A stretch of DNA of 64,000 nucleotides, taken from the NCBI GenBank assembly GCA_049966695.1, contig JBMFUG010000001.1, positions 23,184-87,183 of the forward strand. Reading direction: 5' to 3'. Below are positions 27,364 to 37,193 of the stretch, one piece after another. How positions within the stretch are numbered: the stretch's first letter is position 1; every line of letters begins with the position of its first letter. Made by a program: the position numbers and the translations under genes. The notes under the pieces are model-generated. The model did not search any database, was not told the origin of the DNA, and was given only the letters and a program-made list of their open reading frames with translations. Origin of the DNA: Acidimicrobiales bacterium (GTDB lineage Bacteria; Actinomycetota; Acidimicrobiia; Acidimicrobiales; Palsa-688).

Positions 27364-29706
27364 ATGACTGGCGAAGTGCTGACGGCGCCGACGGATGGCC
27401 GCGCTCGAGGGGCCCAGCGGCCACATCAGTCGCAACCGCACACCGGCACCGAGCCCGACGACATCGCATGGGTAGCACCCTTCCTGAACCCCTCAGGGTA
27501 CGGCGAGGAGGCGCGGGGTTTCCTTATGGGCCTGACGAGCAAGGGCTACCGCGTAGCAGCGCGCTCATCTGGAGATGAACCTCGTGATTTTCTAGAAGGT
27601 TTGGCCGACGACCCGGCTCTGGCACAACAGCTGCAGGCGTCTTTGACATGCCAGATAGCTCCCAACCCCACAGTAGTACTACACCTACCGGGCTACGCAT
27701 TAAGCCCAGTAGAAGGTGCCAAGTTCACAATAGGGCGGACCATGTTCGAAACGGACAGCCTTCCCGTCAACTGGGTCGACAACTGCAACAGGCTGGACCA
27801 GGTCTGGGTGCCGTCCTCGTTCAACGCTGAGACTTTTTACAAGGCCGGCGTGCGTGTGCCGGTCCACGTTGTGCCTGGAGGCGTCGACACACGACGCTTT
27901 CGACCGGGGGTAGTTCCCCTCGACGTACCCGAGGCTCGTGGCGTTACCTTCCTTAGCATCTTCGAGTGGAGCCACCGCAAGGCACCCGATGTCATCATGA
28001 GCGCGTGGGCCCGAGCGTTCAGCCCTGACAGCCCAGTGTCGCTTGTGCTGCGGTGCTTCCCGCGCGGGCAGTTCGACAACCAGGCTGGCACCACAGACGC
28101 TCTCGTGAACAACCAGCTCGCCCTTCTCGGGTTCAGCCGTACAGAAGTCGCACCAATTGTAATTATTGACCAGCAACTACCTCCCAGTGCAATACCCCGG
28201 TTGATGGCACGCGCCGATGTATTTGTCGGGGTATCGCGTGGAGAGGGTTGGGGACGTCCTCAAATGGAAGCGATGGCAAGCGGGCTAGCCGTAATAGGAA
28301 CTCGCTGGAGCGGCAACCTCGATTTCATGGACGACTCGAACAGCCTATTAGTCGAAATCGACGGTCTCGCACCGGTTGACGAGAAGATGGAAGTACCCTT
28401 CTACAGAGGCCATCGCTGGGCCGAGCCGTCGGTCGACCACTTGGTTGAGCTGCTCCGTCGAACTGCCAGGGACGCTCAGCTGGTACAGCGGCTCGGCAGA
28501 AAAGCTCGTGCCGACATAGAGGCTCGGTGGCAGTGGGACAGCGCAGCCGATATCGCCGACAAGCGCCTAAGGGCTTTGCGGCCAAGACGGGCGACCCTAG
28601 CCACGTCCGTGCCGATGACCAACCGAAACTGCGCTGTTGGCAGCCTGCACAATGAGCCCGAACCGGCGTCCGTGGGGCCGGCCTCGGGCAACCGCAATGG
28701 CTCAGCACGTCTGGACAGCCTTGCACCCTTCGCAACTCCTCCGATAGGTACGCCATCTCCCGACCAAAGCACTTCAGTGCAAGAGCTAGCACAGCTCGTG
28801 TACCGAGCGCTGTCTGCCATGAACAACGCTCTTCTTGAACAGCAGTCAGCCATAGCTGCCTTGCAAGCAAGCTCCTCCCACCAGCCTGGCAGGTCTCCCC
28901 ACGATCAGCCAAGCCTTGAAGAACAATGGTCGCGGCGCCCGTTTTGTGCCCTACCTGGCGGGCTAAGGCTCATGGCCCCCTCAGGACGCGTAGTTATGGG
29001 TTACCGGCACGATAAAGGCAAGACGTCCCACATGGACCAAATATACGTCACGTTCGAAGACGCCTTCCGAGGTACATCAGAGCGCGTCAGTTACCTTCTC
29101 ACCGAGTACCTCCCTTACCTGCGTGACAGGCACAACGTGCTAGAGCTCGGGTGCGGCCGTGGCGAACTTTTAGCCATGTTGGCCCAGCACGGCATCCCTG
29201 CAAGGGGCGTGGACTCCGACGCTGGCATGCTCGAGCGCGCCCGGCGCCAAGGCCTTTCAGTCGTACAGGCCGACCTCCTCGATTACCTAGTAGAGCAAGC
29301 CGACGCCACTGTAGATGCCATCGTCTCAGTCCAAGTCATCGAGCACATTGACCCGACGGCGTTACCCCGGCTGCTCTCGCATGCTCGCAGGGTACTGCAA
29401 CCCGGTGGCCTTCTCCTAATGGAGACAGTAAACCCGCACAACCTGACATCTGCCAAGCTGTTCTGGCTCGACCCAACTCATCGGCACCCCCTCTTCCCAG
29501 AAGCCATGGTCGTGCTGGCCGCCGCCGCCGGTTTTGATGAGACCGTTGTCCTGTTCCCTGGGTCTACCGGCGACCTCGACGCTGACCTGTCCAGGTGCGA
29601 CAGGTACGCACTCCTTGGCAAGGTTGGCAACGCCTGCCAAGAGCCTGCACCGCCAACCGCCCATGACTCCCAAGGCTTGTCCGATGCGCCCCAGTCGCTC
29701 ACATAA
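27364..29706 (+). CDS. Fusion protein: GT4-type glycosyltransferase, coiled-coil linker, class I SAM methyltransferase
   Basis: GT4 ExxxxxxxE motif GEGWGRPQMEAMASG. Methyltransferase motif VLELGCGRGELLAML...VQVIEHI...LQPGGLLLMETVNPHN. Start set at 27364 by the promoter argument (tracked ORF starts at 27268). Confidence 0.75.
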   Translation: MTGEVLTAPTDGRARGAQRPHQSQPHTGTEPDDIAWVAPFLNPSGYGEEARGFLMGLTSKGYRVAARSSGDEPRDFLEGLADDPALAQQLQASLTCQIAPNPTVVLHLPGYALSPVEGAKFTIGRTMFETDSLPVNWVDNCNRLDQVWVPSSFNAETFYKAGVRVPVHVVPGGVDTRRFRPGVVPLDVPEARGVTFLSIFEWSHRKAPDVIMSAWARAFSPDSPVSLVLRCFPRGQFDNQAGTTDALVNNQLALLGFSRTEVAPIVIIDQQLPPSAIPRLMARADVFVGVSRGEGWGRPQMEAMASGLAVIGTRWSGNLDFMDDSNSLLVEIDGLAPVDEKMEVPFYRGHRWAEPSVDHLVELLRRTARDAQLVQRLGRKARADIEARWQWDSAADIADKRLRALRPRRATLATSVPMTNRNCAVGSLHNEPEPASVGPASGNRNGSARLDSLAPFATPPIGTPSPDQSTSVQELAQLVYRALSAMNNALLEQQSAIAALQASSSHQPGRSPHDQPSLEEQWSRRPFCALPGGLRLMAPSGRVVMGYRHDKGKTSHMDQIYVTFEDAFRGTSERVSYLLTEYLPYLRDRHNVLELGCGRGELLAMLAQHGIPARGVDSDAGMLERARRQGLSVVQADLLDYLVEQADATVDAIVSVQVIEHIDPTALPRLLSHARRVLQPGGLLLMETVNPHNLTSAKLFWLDPTHRHPLFPEAMVVLAAAAGFDETVVLFPGSTGDLDADLSRCDRYALLGKVGNACQEPAPPTAHDSQGLSDAPQSLT

Positions 29707-32700
29707 CCGCGCGCCGCACGCCGCTCCTCACGCTTCCAGCAAGCGTCTGGCTCACAAGCAGGCCGCGGCCCCGCCTAGCTTCAGCGTCGACTGGGAGGGG
29801 GACATTTTTCAGCACCACAGCCTCTCGCTAGTAAACCAGGCGCTGTGCTCTCGCCTCATCCAGCGAGGCATCGACGTTGCGGTACAGGCATTAGATGCAC
29901 CGCCCCTCAATGGCAGTGCTTTTAGTAGCCCCGTACCAGAACGCAACATCAACGTCACTGGTCGCTCCCCCACCATCACGGTCCGCCATAGCTGGCCGCC
30001 CCGTTTCGACCCTCGGCCTCCCAGCTTGTGGGCACATATACAGCCTTGGGAGTTCGGCGGCGTCCCCGACACGTGGGTAAGCTCCCTCCAGCACGCAGAC
30101 GAAGTATGGGCACCGTCAACGTGGGTCCGAGACAACTACATTGCCAGCGGCCTGTCCGACGACAAGGTGCAGCTAGTACCCAACGGCGTCGACACCACGC
30201 TCTTCACGCCGTACGGCCCTCGGTACCCGCTCTCTACCCAGAAAGCGTTCCGGTTCTTGTTCATCGGTGGGCTCATAGCCCGCAAGGGCATCGACTTGCT
30301 TCTCCGGGCTTACATGGACGCCTTTTCACCCAACGACGACGTGTGCTTGGTCATAAAGGGCTTTGGCTCCAACAGTGTGTACGCCAACGGTTTGTACGAC
30401 ATGGTACGTTCGTTGTGCGCCAGCCAAGAAGGCCCGGCCATAGAGCTCATCGAAGCTGACCTGTCGCAAAATGATATGGCAAGCCTTTACCGCTCCTGCG
30501 ACGTCCTTGTACGCCCTTACCGCGGCGAAGGTTTTGCTTTGCCGGTCGTCGAGGCCATGGCCAGCGGCGTACCCGTGGTGGTCACGGCAGACGGTGCGAC
30601 GGCGGACTTCTGTGATGACTCCGATGCATGGCTTTTACCGAGCCGACGGCAAACTTTACGACAGGTTGGTGGCGTCGGCCCCAGCAGATTGGGTTATTGG
30701 ATGGCCGAACCAGACTTAGGCTATCTAACTAACTTATTGAGAGAGCTGCCGAACCTTCAGGCCGAGTCTGCAATAAAAGCCAAGCGGGCCCGTGACCAGG
30801 TTGTGCACAACTACAGCTGGGACAAAGTCGTCGACGTTGTAGAGGCGCGGCTCAGGAACATGGCAGCGAACAGCACCTCGCCGGCTTTTAGAGACCGCCG
30901 TAATCGCTCCACAGGCCCAACCAGTGCTCAGCCTTACAAGGATTATAAAGTGAACAGCCATGCCGGACTGCCTACAGCACCAAAAGTGCTCCTCTCGGCT
31001 TGCTTGATCGTGAAGGATGAAGAAAAAACACTGCCCGACTGCTTAGAATCCCTCCATCGAGTGGTCGACGAGGTCGTCGTCTACGACACCGGCTCCAGCG
31101 ATGGGACAGTCGCCCTGGCAAAGCGCGCGGGTGCGAGGGTGTTCCAGGGTTACTGGGACAACGACTTCAGCCGAGCGCGCAATGCCGCTTTGGAGCAGTG
31201 CAGCGGGGACTGGGTGCTTTGGGTGGACGCCGACGAGCACTTCGTGTGCGACGCTGTGCCAAGGCTCCGAGGGCTCCTCGCTCAATTGGGACGCGCGGAA
31301 GAGCCTGACGCGTTGCTGGTGGACATCTACAACTTTGGCGGGGACGGCTCCATGCTCGGCAACGTCCATCGCGCATTTCGCATCTTCCGCAAGTCTGCCT
31401 GCTGCTGGTACGGCATGCTGCACGAGCAGGTAGACCTGCGGCCCGCTCTCGCAAGCTCACGCTCCGTCAAGGCGGCCGTGCTGGAGGGTGCCCACATAGA
31501 CCACTACGGCTACCTGGACAAGGTCATCCGCGAGCGTGACAAGCTCGCTCGCAACTTGCGCCTAGCGGAGGCTGCCTTGGAGAGCGAGCCACTAGAGGGC
31601 CAAGAGGGGATGCCGCAGCTCAACTTCGCTCGCTCCCTGGCCGCCCTCGGCCGCTGCGACGAAGCACAGCCTCATTTCGAAGCCGCTCTCGCCTTGGCCC
31701 ACGAAGGCGTCCAAAGGCGCACCGTGCTGCTGCATTTAACCCAAAACCTGCTGACATTAGAGCGTTACGTAGACGTCCTCCGGTACACAGAGATGTTTAG
31801 GCAGGCCAGCAAGAAGACCGGCCTCGTCGACTACCTTGAAGGTGTCGCGCGTAGACGTCTGGGCCAGCTCGACGACGCCATCGGCCTCTTCGAAAGGGCA
31901 GGCGAGCTTGTAGACGACAATGGCTTCGCTTACCCCGAGGCGATGTTGCACGCTGAGCTAGCCGCCGCGCTCGTAGACGCGGGCAGGCCGGCAGACGCCG
32001 CCGAGCACCTTGTCAAACTAGTGGGCGAAGGCCACAACGTCTTGGCGATGACCGCCGCCCTGAAAATCTTTGCGTCAACAGGCAAGCCCCCAGAAGAGCT
32101 TGCTGCCGCTATGCCCGAAGACGACCTCGACAAGGTCGGCGCGGCTCTGCTCCTGGTGCCGCCTGTCGTGGCGGCACCAGTGGCCGAGGCTCTGTACGCA
32201 CGGCTCGGGCCGCGTCCAGCCCTGCTCGCTGCCGCCATCCGCTTCGCGCCCGCCCTGCCCGTCCTGCAGGCGCTCGAGTGGTCCGCACGCCTGAGGGCCA
32301 TCGGCATGTCCAGCCGATGCCCTTTGCTCTCTCAGGCACAGACAGCCGTGCTTGACACACGAGACCGAGTGCGCGCCGCTCTTACAGCTCATGCGGCCTT
32401 TGGGGACCCTGTAGCGGCCTCTCTCGCCCTGGATTTAGCACCGGGCGTGCCCCTAGCTCAGCTGGCGGCCGTTCTTGCCGAGGTCACGGTGCTAGACCCA
32501 CCTATGACACCAGACTTTGCGCGAGCCGTTGCCGGCCCCGGCGCTCCCGCGGCAGGGCCAGTTGGGTCGCCGGACGGTCGCCGCGACGCTGTGGCCACAG
32601 CTCTCCGGGAGCTCGGCTACGGGGACCTAGCTGAGCAAATCAAGAACGGCTGGCAAGATGACGACCCGACCGCGCCCTTTGCAGCTCAGGTCGAGGCCGT

Positions 32701-32716
32701 GGCTGCCGATCGCTAG
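29684..32716 (+). CDS. Fusion protein: GT4-like plus GT2 glycosyltransferase domains with a C-terminal TPR-like helical repeat region
   Basis: GT4 motif RGEGFALPVVEAMASG, paralogous to the preceding gene. GT2 motif SACLIVKDEEKTLPDCLESL...VVVYDTGSSDGT...WVDADE. Ala/Leu-rich helical repeats at the C-terminus. Start is uncertain (ATG 29684 with AAGG SD; tracked ORF starts at 29534). Confidence 0.7.
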   Translation: MRPSRSHNRAPHAAPHASSKRLAHKQAAAPPSFSVDWEGDIFQHHSLSLVNQALCSRLIQRGIDVAVQALDAPPLNGSAFSSPVPERNINVTGRSPTITVRHSWPPRFDPRPPSLWAHIQPWEFGGVPDTWVSSLQHADEVWAPSTWVRDNYIASGLSDDKVQLVPNGVDTTLFTPYGPRYPLSTQKAFRFLFIGGLIARKGIDLLLRAYMDAFSPNDDVCLVIKGFGSNSVYANGLYDMVRSLCASQEGPAIELIEADLSQNDMASLYRSCDVLVRPYRGEGFALPVVEAMASGVPVVVTADGATADFCDDSDAWLLPSRRQTLRQVGGVGPSRLGYWMAEPDLGYLTNLLRELPNLQAESAIKAKRARDQVVHNYSWDKVVDVVEARLRNMAANSTSPAFRDRRNRSTGPTSAQPYKDYKVNSHAGLPTAPKVLLSACLIVKDEEKTLPDCLESLHRVVDEVVVYDTGSSDGTVALAKRAGARVFQGYWDNDFSRARNAALEQCSGDWVLWVDADEHFVCDAVPRLRGLLAQLGRAEEPDALLVDIYNFGGDGSMLGNVHRAFRIFRKSACCWYGMLHEQVDLRPALASSRSVKAAVLEGAHIDHYGYLDKVIRERDKLARNLRLAEAALESEPLEGQEGMPQLNFARSLAALGRCDEAQPHFEAALALAHEGVQRRTVLLHLTQNLLTLERYVDVLRYTEMFRQASKKTGLVDYLEGVARRRLGQLDDAIGLFERAGELVDDNGFAYPEAMLHAELAAALVDAGRPADAAEHLVKLVGEGHNVLAMTAALKIFASTGKPPEELAAAMPEDDLDKVGAALLLVPPVVAAPVAEALYARLGPRPALLAAAIRFAPALPVLQALEWSARLRAIGMSSRCPLLSQAQTAVLDTRDRVRAALTAHAAFGDPVAASLALDLAPGVPLAQLAAVLAEVTVLDPPMTPDFARAVAGPGAPAAGPVGSPDGRRDAVATALRELGYGDLAEQIKNGWQDDDPTAPFAAQVEAVAADR
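32685..32712 (+). promoter_or_regulatory. Candidate sigma28-type promoter of fliC
   Basis: CTCAGG-N14-GCCGATCG lies inside the last codons of the upstream gene, 73 nt before the fliC ATG. Confidence 0.5.
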
Positions 32717-32785
32717 AGACGGCCCAGCACTGGGCAACCACAGGGTGCTTACGGAAGAGCCCCCTTTAGACCCCATGGAGGAAAA

Positions 32786-33916
32786 ATGGGTCTTGACATT
32801 GTCACCAACATAATGGCCCAGCAGGCCTCGAACGACCTGTCCACCAACGAAGCCAATATGCAGTCAGCTTTGGAAAAGCTGTCCTCTGGCTACCAGATCA
32901 ACAACGCGGCAGACGACGCATCTGGCCTAGTGATAAGCCAGCACTTGCAGGCTCAGATAGGCGCCTTCCAGCAAGCGCAGTCCAACACGCAGGCCGGCAT
33001 CAACGTTATCCAGACAGCAAGCGGCGCTCTCAACACGGTGAGCACGATCCTGCAGCGCATCAACACCCTTGCAGTGGAAGCTCAAAACGGCACAGCCACT
33101 GACAATACAGCGATCACCGCGGCCCAGGACGAGGTGAACCAGTCTCTCTCGTCAATAGTCGACATCGCCCAGACCACCGTCTACGGCGACAACCAGCTCC
33201 TCGTCCACGGCTCAGCGAGCAGCGTCAACTATACGTTCCAGGTTGGCTACGACTCCTCTAACGCGAGCCAAGTCGCCTTCTCAGTCTCGGCGTTGACCCT
33301 GGCAAACCTTGGCCTGGTCATGAACTCTGTCGACTTCACGGCGGCTGGCGGCATTTCCAGTGTCGTCAGCAACCTCGCTTCTGGTACTTACGATATCAGT
33401 ATCTCCGCTGATGCCTCCGCCGGTGCCTCCGCAATGGCGATCAATATTGCGAATGGCAGTGATGTGCTGGGCACTGCGGTTGTAACCGATGGCGGCACGG
33501 CCGGCGAAGTCGCTACGATCAACCTCGGGACTTTCGGCGTGGTCAACCTCACTCTAAGCGGTCCGCTGACATCGGCAACCGCGCTCACGGCAACGCAGAC
33601 ATATGCGAACATCAACAGTACGACGAGCCTAGCCTTGGGCAGTGCCGACGTCATAGACGTCGTACAAAATGCCATCGCGACGGTATCGTCAATGCAAGGC
33701 GAGTTCGGTGCTTACCAAAACGAACTGCAGCACATCTCCGACAACGAGACTGTGATGGTACAAAACCTGCAGTCGTCCAACGCAAGCATCGAGGACACCA
33801 ACATGGCATCGGAGATGGTCAACTTCACCCAGGACCAAGTCCTCGTCCAAGCAGGGGTCTCTATGCTGGCGCAGGCCAACCAGATACCCCAGTACGTGCT
33901 CAAGTTGCTCGGCTAA
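32786..33916 (+). CDS. fliC: Flagellin
   Basis: N-terminal NIMAQQASNDLSTNEANMQSALEKLSSGYQINNAADDASGL. C-terminal MVNFTQDQVLVQAGVSMLAQANQIPQYVLKLL. Confidence 0.92.
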   Translation: MGLDIVTNIMAQQASNDLSTNEANMQSALEKLSSGYQINNAADDASGLVISQHLQAQIGAFQQAQSNTQAGINVIQTASGALNTVSTILQRINTLAVEAQNGTATDNTAITAAQDEVNQSLSSIVDIAQTTVYGDNQLLVHGSASSVNYTFQVGYDSSNASQVAFSVSALTLANLGLVMNSVDFTAAGGISSVVSNLASGTYDISISADASAGASAMAINIANGSDVLGTAVVTDGGTAGEVATINLGTFGVVNLTLSGPLTSATALTATQTYANINSTTSLALGSADVIDVVQNAIATVSSMQGEFGAYQNELQHISDNETVMVQNLQSSNASIEDTNMASEMVNFTQDQVLVQAGVSMLAQANQIPQYVLKLLG

Positions 33917-33949
33917 GGCTGGGCAGTCCTTGGCACGTGCCAACGGGCA

Positions 33950-33986
33950 GCGTAGCGGCCGGCAAGCACCACGACGGCCGCTACGC
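33950..33986 (+). terminator. Perfect 12-bp stem-loop downstream of fliC
   Basis: GCGTAGCGGCCG, 13-nt loop, CGGCCGCTACGC. No U tract, which is common in high-GC genomes. Confidence 0.45.
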
Positions 33987-34126
33987 CCCAGGCAAGTGCC
34001 CCCGTGCTACCCCCGCCGAGCCAGGACCTTAAGCCTTACTGGGCGAGCATGCCGGTCCTTTGCGTGAGGCATTAGCAGCGATCAGCAGGAGGCAACGATG
34101 TCGGTCAGTTCAAGTGGTTCTTCAAC

Positions 34127-36703
34127 ATGAGCACCTTGCAAGGCCTTGGCTACCTCAACACAGCACAAACGCTGTCGGCACTCTTGGGCACTTCTGACAC
34201 GAGCCTGGCCTCCCTAGAAGAAGGCTCGCCCATCACGATCTCGGGCGCAGCCTCAGGGGTCGACACAGCTGAGATAGTCGCGGAGCTGATGCAGGTCGCG
34301 GCAATGCCTCAACAGGAGCTGCAGGCCCAGCTCAACCAGGCCTCCACAGTGCTCGCCAGCTACCAAGAACTTTCCAACGACGTCGCCACGCTGCTTTCCG
34401 TGTCGGACACCCTGGAGTCCCCCTCGGGCTGGCAGGCCTGGATCCCCAACTCGACCAGCGCCGACGCTACCGCCACTGTGGGAGCGGGAGCGGTCGGCGG
34501 CTCCATAACCTTCGCAGTAGACGCTCTGGCTCAGGCAGACTCCATGATCTCGTCAGGTAGCGTCTCTTCACAAAGCTCTCAGGTGACAAGCGGCCCGCTG
34601 CTAGTTGCAGTCGGCGGTGGGGGGCTCGGTATCGGCACGCTGGCTTCGACCAACCTCTCGATCGGCAACCACACGATCGCCGTTACGCAAGCGTCGGCCG
34701 GTGCCTCGCTAGCAGCCAGTAGCGCCCCTGCGAGCTCCACAACCATAACGACGGGGAGCAACGACACCTTGGACTACAGCTTGGACGGCACCAGCGGCTC
34801 GCTGACCATAGCTGCCGGCACTTACAGCGCGTCGCAGCTCGCCGCTGCCGTCCAGTCCGCTTCGGGTGGCAGCCTCACAGCCTCGCTCAACTCAGCCGGC
34901 GACATCGTCCTCACCACCACGGCCCAAGGCAGCAGCACCTCGCTCCAGGTGACAGGAGGAGATGCGGCCTCGGCTCTCGGCTTCACGACCACCCCCAGCG
35001 CGACAGCCTACGGTACAAACGGGGTGGTGACTGTAGACGGGGTTTCCAACACCCTCACCAACTTTTCGCCGGGCAACGCCGTTACCTTGAACGGGCCCAG
35101 CGGTGCTACCGTCACCGCGACCTTCACGGGCCCGCTGAGCGTTGGCTCGCTCACCGCAGCGGAAGTGAACACGGGCAACGGCAGCTTGCAAGATGTCGTA
35201 GATGCCATCAACTCGTCAGGCATAGGGGTCTCAGCGTCGGCCGTCACCACCGGGACCGACCAGTACAGGCTGTCGCTACAGTCCACTGCGAGCGGGGCAG
35301 CAAATACGATCAACATCGACCCCAACGCCTTCAGCGGCCTCGGGACGATGACTACCGTCACCGCTGCAGCCAATGCACAGATAACCGTCGGCACCGGCTC
35401 TGGAGCCTTCATCGTCACCAACAGCTCCAACAACATCACCGGTCTTATGCCCGGGGTCACAATACAGCTGCTGGCAGCCAACCCTGGGCAGGAGACTACG
35501 ATCTCGTTGGAGCCCGACGGCCAGACAATGGCTAGCACCGTGCAGAGCCTTGTAACGGCCGCTAACCAGCTCATAACTGACCTCAATACCGCGACTGCTT
35601 ACACTCCTGCGAGCTCCTCGTCGTCAGGTTCTGCAACTGCAGGGCCCCTGCTCGGCGACCCGACTGCCGACGCGCTGCTCAACTCTGTCCTGTCTGCGGT
35701 GGGCAGCCAAGCCGGCGTCAACTCCACCGGCTCGGCGGGTCTCCTTGGCATCACGATGAACCAGAACGGCACGCTCTCGTTTGACCAGGCGACGTTTGCG
35801 GCTGCTTACGATGCCAACCCCACCCAAGTCGCCAATACCTTCATCTCGGGCGGCTCCAGCTCAAACCCGCTCATGTCTTTTTACGAGTCAAGCGACGCCA
35901 CGGTGCCGGGCCAGTACCAGGTGGACGTCACCCAAGCCGCCTCACAGGCCACCGACACAGGAGCCGCGGTTTCAGGCGGCAGTGTCAGCACGGCAGAGAC
36001 GCTGACCGTTACTTCTGCCGGCAGCACCGCGACCTACACCACCACGGCCGGAGAAAGCCTTGCCGACATCGCCGCCGGTCTAAACCAAGCCTTCGCCACG
36101 GCAAACGTGGCTGTCAACGCGAGCGTCGTCAACGGAGCACTGCAGCTCACCAGCATGGCCTACGGGTCGTCGGCATCCTTCACCGTGAGCTCGACAGCCT
36201 CGGGTAGCGGCACCACGGGGCTCGTAAGCACCTCCGGTACACCCGAGACCTTCACCGGTACCGATGTCCAGGGCACCATTGACGGCCAGGCGGCGACAGG
36301 CACAGGCCAGCTCCTCCTCGGGGCTATCAACACCCCCGCTCAGGGGCTGCTCGTCAATGTCAACGCCACACCCGCACAGCTTTCGGCTGCTGGAGGGACG
36401 ATCACAAGCACCATCACCTACCAGCCCGGCATTGCCCAAGCACTGGCGAACGTCGCTTACGCCGCCGGCAACCCAGCGAACGGCACGCTTGTCAACGCGA
36501 TCAATGGCGAGCAGTCCGAGATGAGCAACCTCTCCACGCAGATATCAAATTGGAACCCAATCCTGCAAGAAGAGCAAGCCCAGCTTGAGAACGAGTTCAA
36601 CGCAATGGAGACCGCCATGGCAACGTTGAAGTCCACGCAGAGCTACTTGTCCCAGTACATGGCGCAGTCTGCCAACTCGTCTTCGTCGTCAAGCGGTGGC
36701 TAG
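34127..36703 (+). CDS. fliD: Flagellar filament cap protein FliD (unusually long, Ser/Thr-rich)
   Basis: ISGAASGVDTAEIVAELMQVAAMPQQELQ near the N-terminus. C-terminal NEFNAMETAMATLKSTQSYLSQ. 858 aa. Confidence 0.8.
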   Translation: MSTLQGLGYLNTAQTLSALLGTSDTSLASLEEGSPITISGAASGVDTAEIVAELMQVAAMPQQELQAQLNQASTVLASYQELSNDVATLLSVSDTLESPSGWQAWIPNSTSADATATVGAGAVGGSITFAVDALAQADSMISSGSVSSQSSQVTSGPLLVAVGGGGLGIGTLASTNLSIGNHTIAVTQASAGASLAASSAPASSTTITTGSNDTLDYSLDGTSGSLTIAAGTYSASQLAAAVQSASGGSLTASLNSAGDIVLTTTAQGSSTSLQVTGGDAASALGFTTTPSATAYGTNGVVTVDGVSNTLTNFSPGNAVTLNGPSGATVTATFTGPLSVGSLTAAEVNTGNGSLQDVVDAINSSGIGVSASAVTTGTDQYRLSLQSTASGAANTINIDPNAFSGLGTMTTVTAAANAQITVGTGSGAFIVTNSSNNITGLMPGVTIQLLAANPGQETTISLEPDGQTMASTVQSLVTAANQLITDLNTATAYTPASSSSSGSATAGPLLGDPTADALLNSVLSAVGSQAGVNSTGSAGLLGITMNQNGTLSFDQATFAAAYDANPTQVANTFISGGSSSNPLMSFYESSDATVPGQYQVDVTQAASQATDTGAAVSGGSVSTAETLTVTSAGSTATYTTTAGESLADIAAGLNQAFATANVAVNASVVNGALQLTSMAYGSSASFTVSSTASGSGTTGLVSTSGTPETFTGTDVQGTIDGQAATGTGQLLLGAINTPAQGLLVNVNATPAQLSAAGGTITSTITYQPGIAQALANVAYAAGNPANGTLVNAINGEQSEMSNLSTQISNWNPILQEEQAQLENEFNAMETAMATLKSTQSYLSQYMAQSANSSSSSSGG

Positions 36704-36728
36704 TTACAGACTTGAGGAGAAGTAGTAC

Positions 36729-37193
36729 ATGAACACGCCAGATGGCCGGCAAGCTTACCTAACGAACTCAGTTGTGAGCGCCCCCCCCGAGCGCTTGCTT
36801 ACGATGCTTTACGACGCCCTAGTCAACAACATCGCGGTAGCCGAAGACGCATTAGAAAAACACGACTTCTACACGTTGAACCAGCGGCTCGTACGCTCAC
36901 AGGAGATCGTCTTGGAACTGCGAGCGAGCTTAAAGCCTGAACTTTGGTCTGGAGGGCCGGCGCTCGCCGCAATCTACACCTACGTTTATGGCCTACTGGT
37001 CAAAGGCAACGTCCACAAAGACCCGGGCGCTCTGTCGGAAGCCCGCAAGCTCCTCGAGCCTCTCCAGTCTGCCTGGCACCAAGCTGCCGATATAGCAGCA
37101 GCAGCGCGCGCCGCCAAGGGGCGCCTCGCCGCCGACCGAGCGTCCACTGACGGCCTCGGCAACGATCCCGAACCGCTAAGCGCCAGTGCCTAG
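36729..37193 (+). CDS. fliS: Flagellar export chaperone FliS
   Basis: Motifs AYLTNSVVSAPPERLLTMLYD and IVLELRASL. Positioned after fliD. Confidence 0.85.
   Translation: MNTPDGRQAYLTNSVVSAPPERLLTMLYDALVNNIAVAEDALEKHDFYTLNQRLVRSQEIVLELRASLKPELWSGGPALAAIYTYVYGLLVKGNVHKDPGALSEARKLLEPLQSAWHQAADIAAAARAAKGRLAADRASTDGLGNDPEPLSASA

Noticed and set aside
29660-29687. CCCATG-N14-TCCGATGC at the junction of the two glycosyltransferase genes, considered as a promoter.
   Set aside because: Both half-sites are mismatched. The candidate start ATG 29684 lies inside the -10 box, and no in-frame start follows it. It is probably a chance match.
34028-34058. CTTAAG-N17-GCCGGTCC upstream of fliD, considered as an eighth sigma28-type promoter.
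   Set aside because: The spacer is 3 nt too long and the -10 box lacks the GAT core. fliD may instead be read through from fliC or use an unrecognised promoter.
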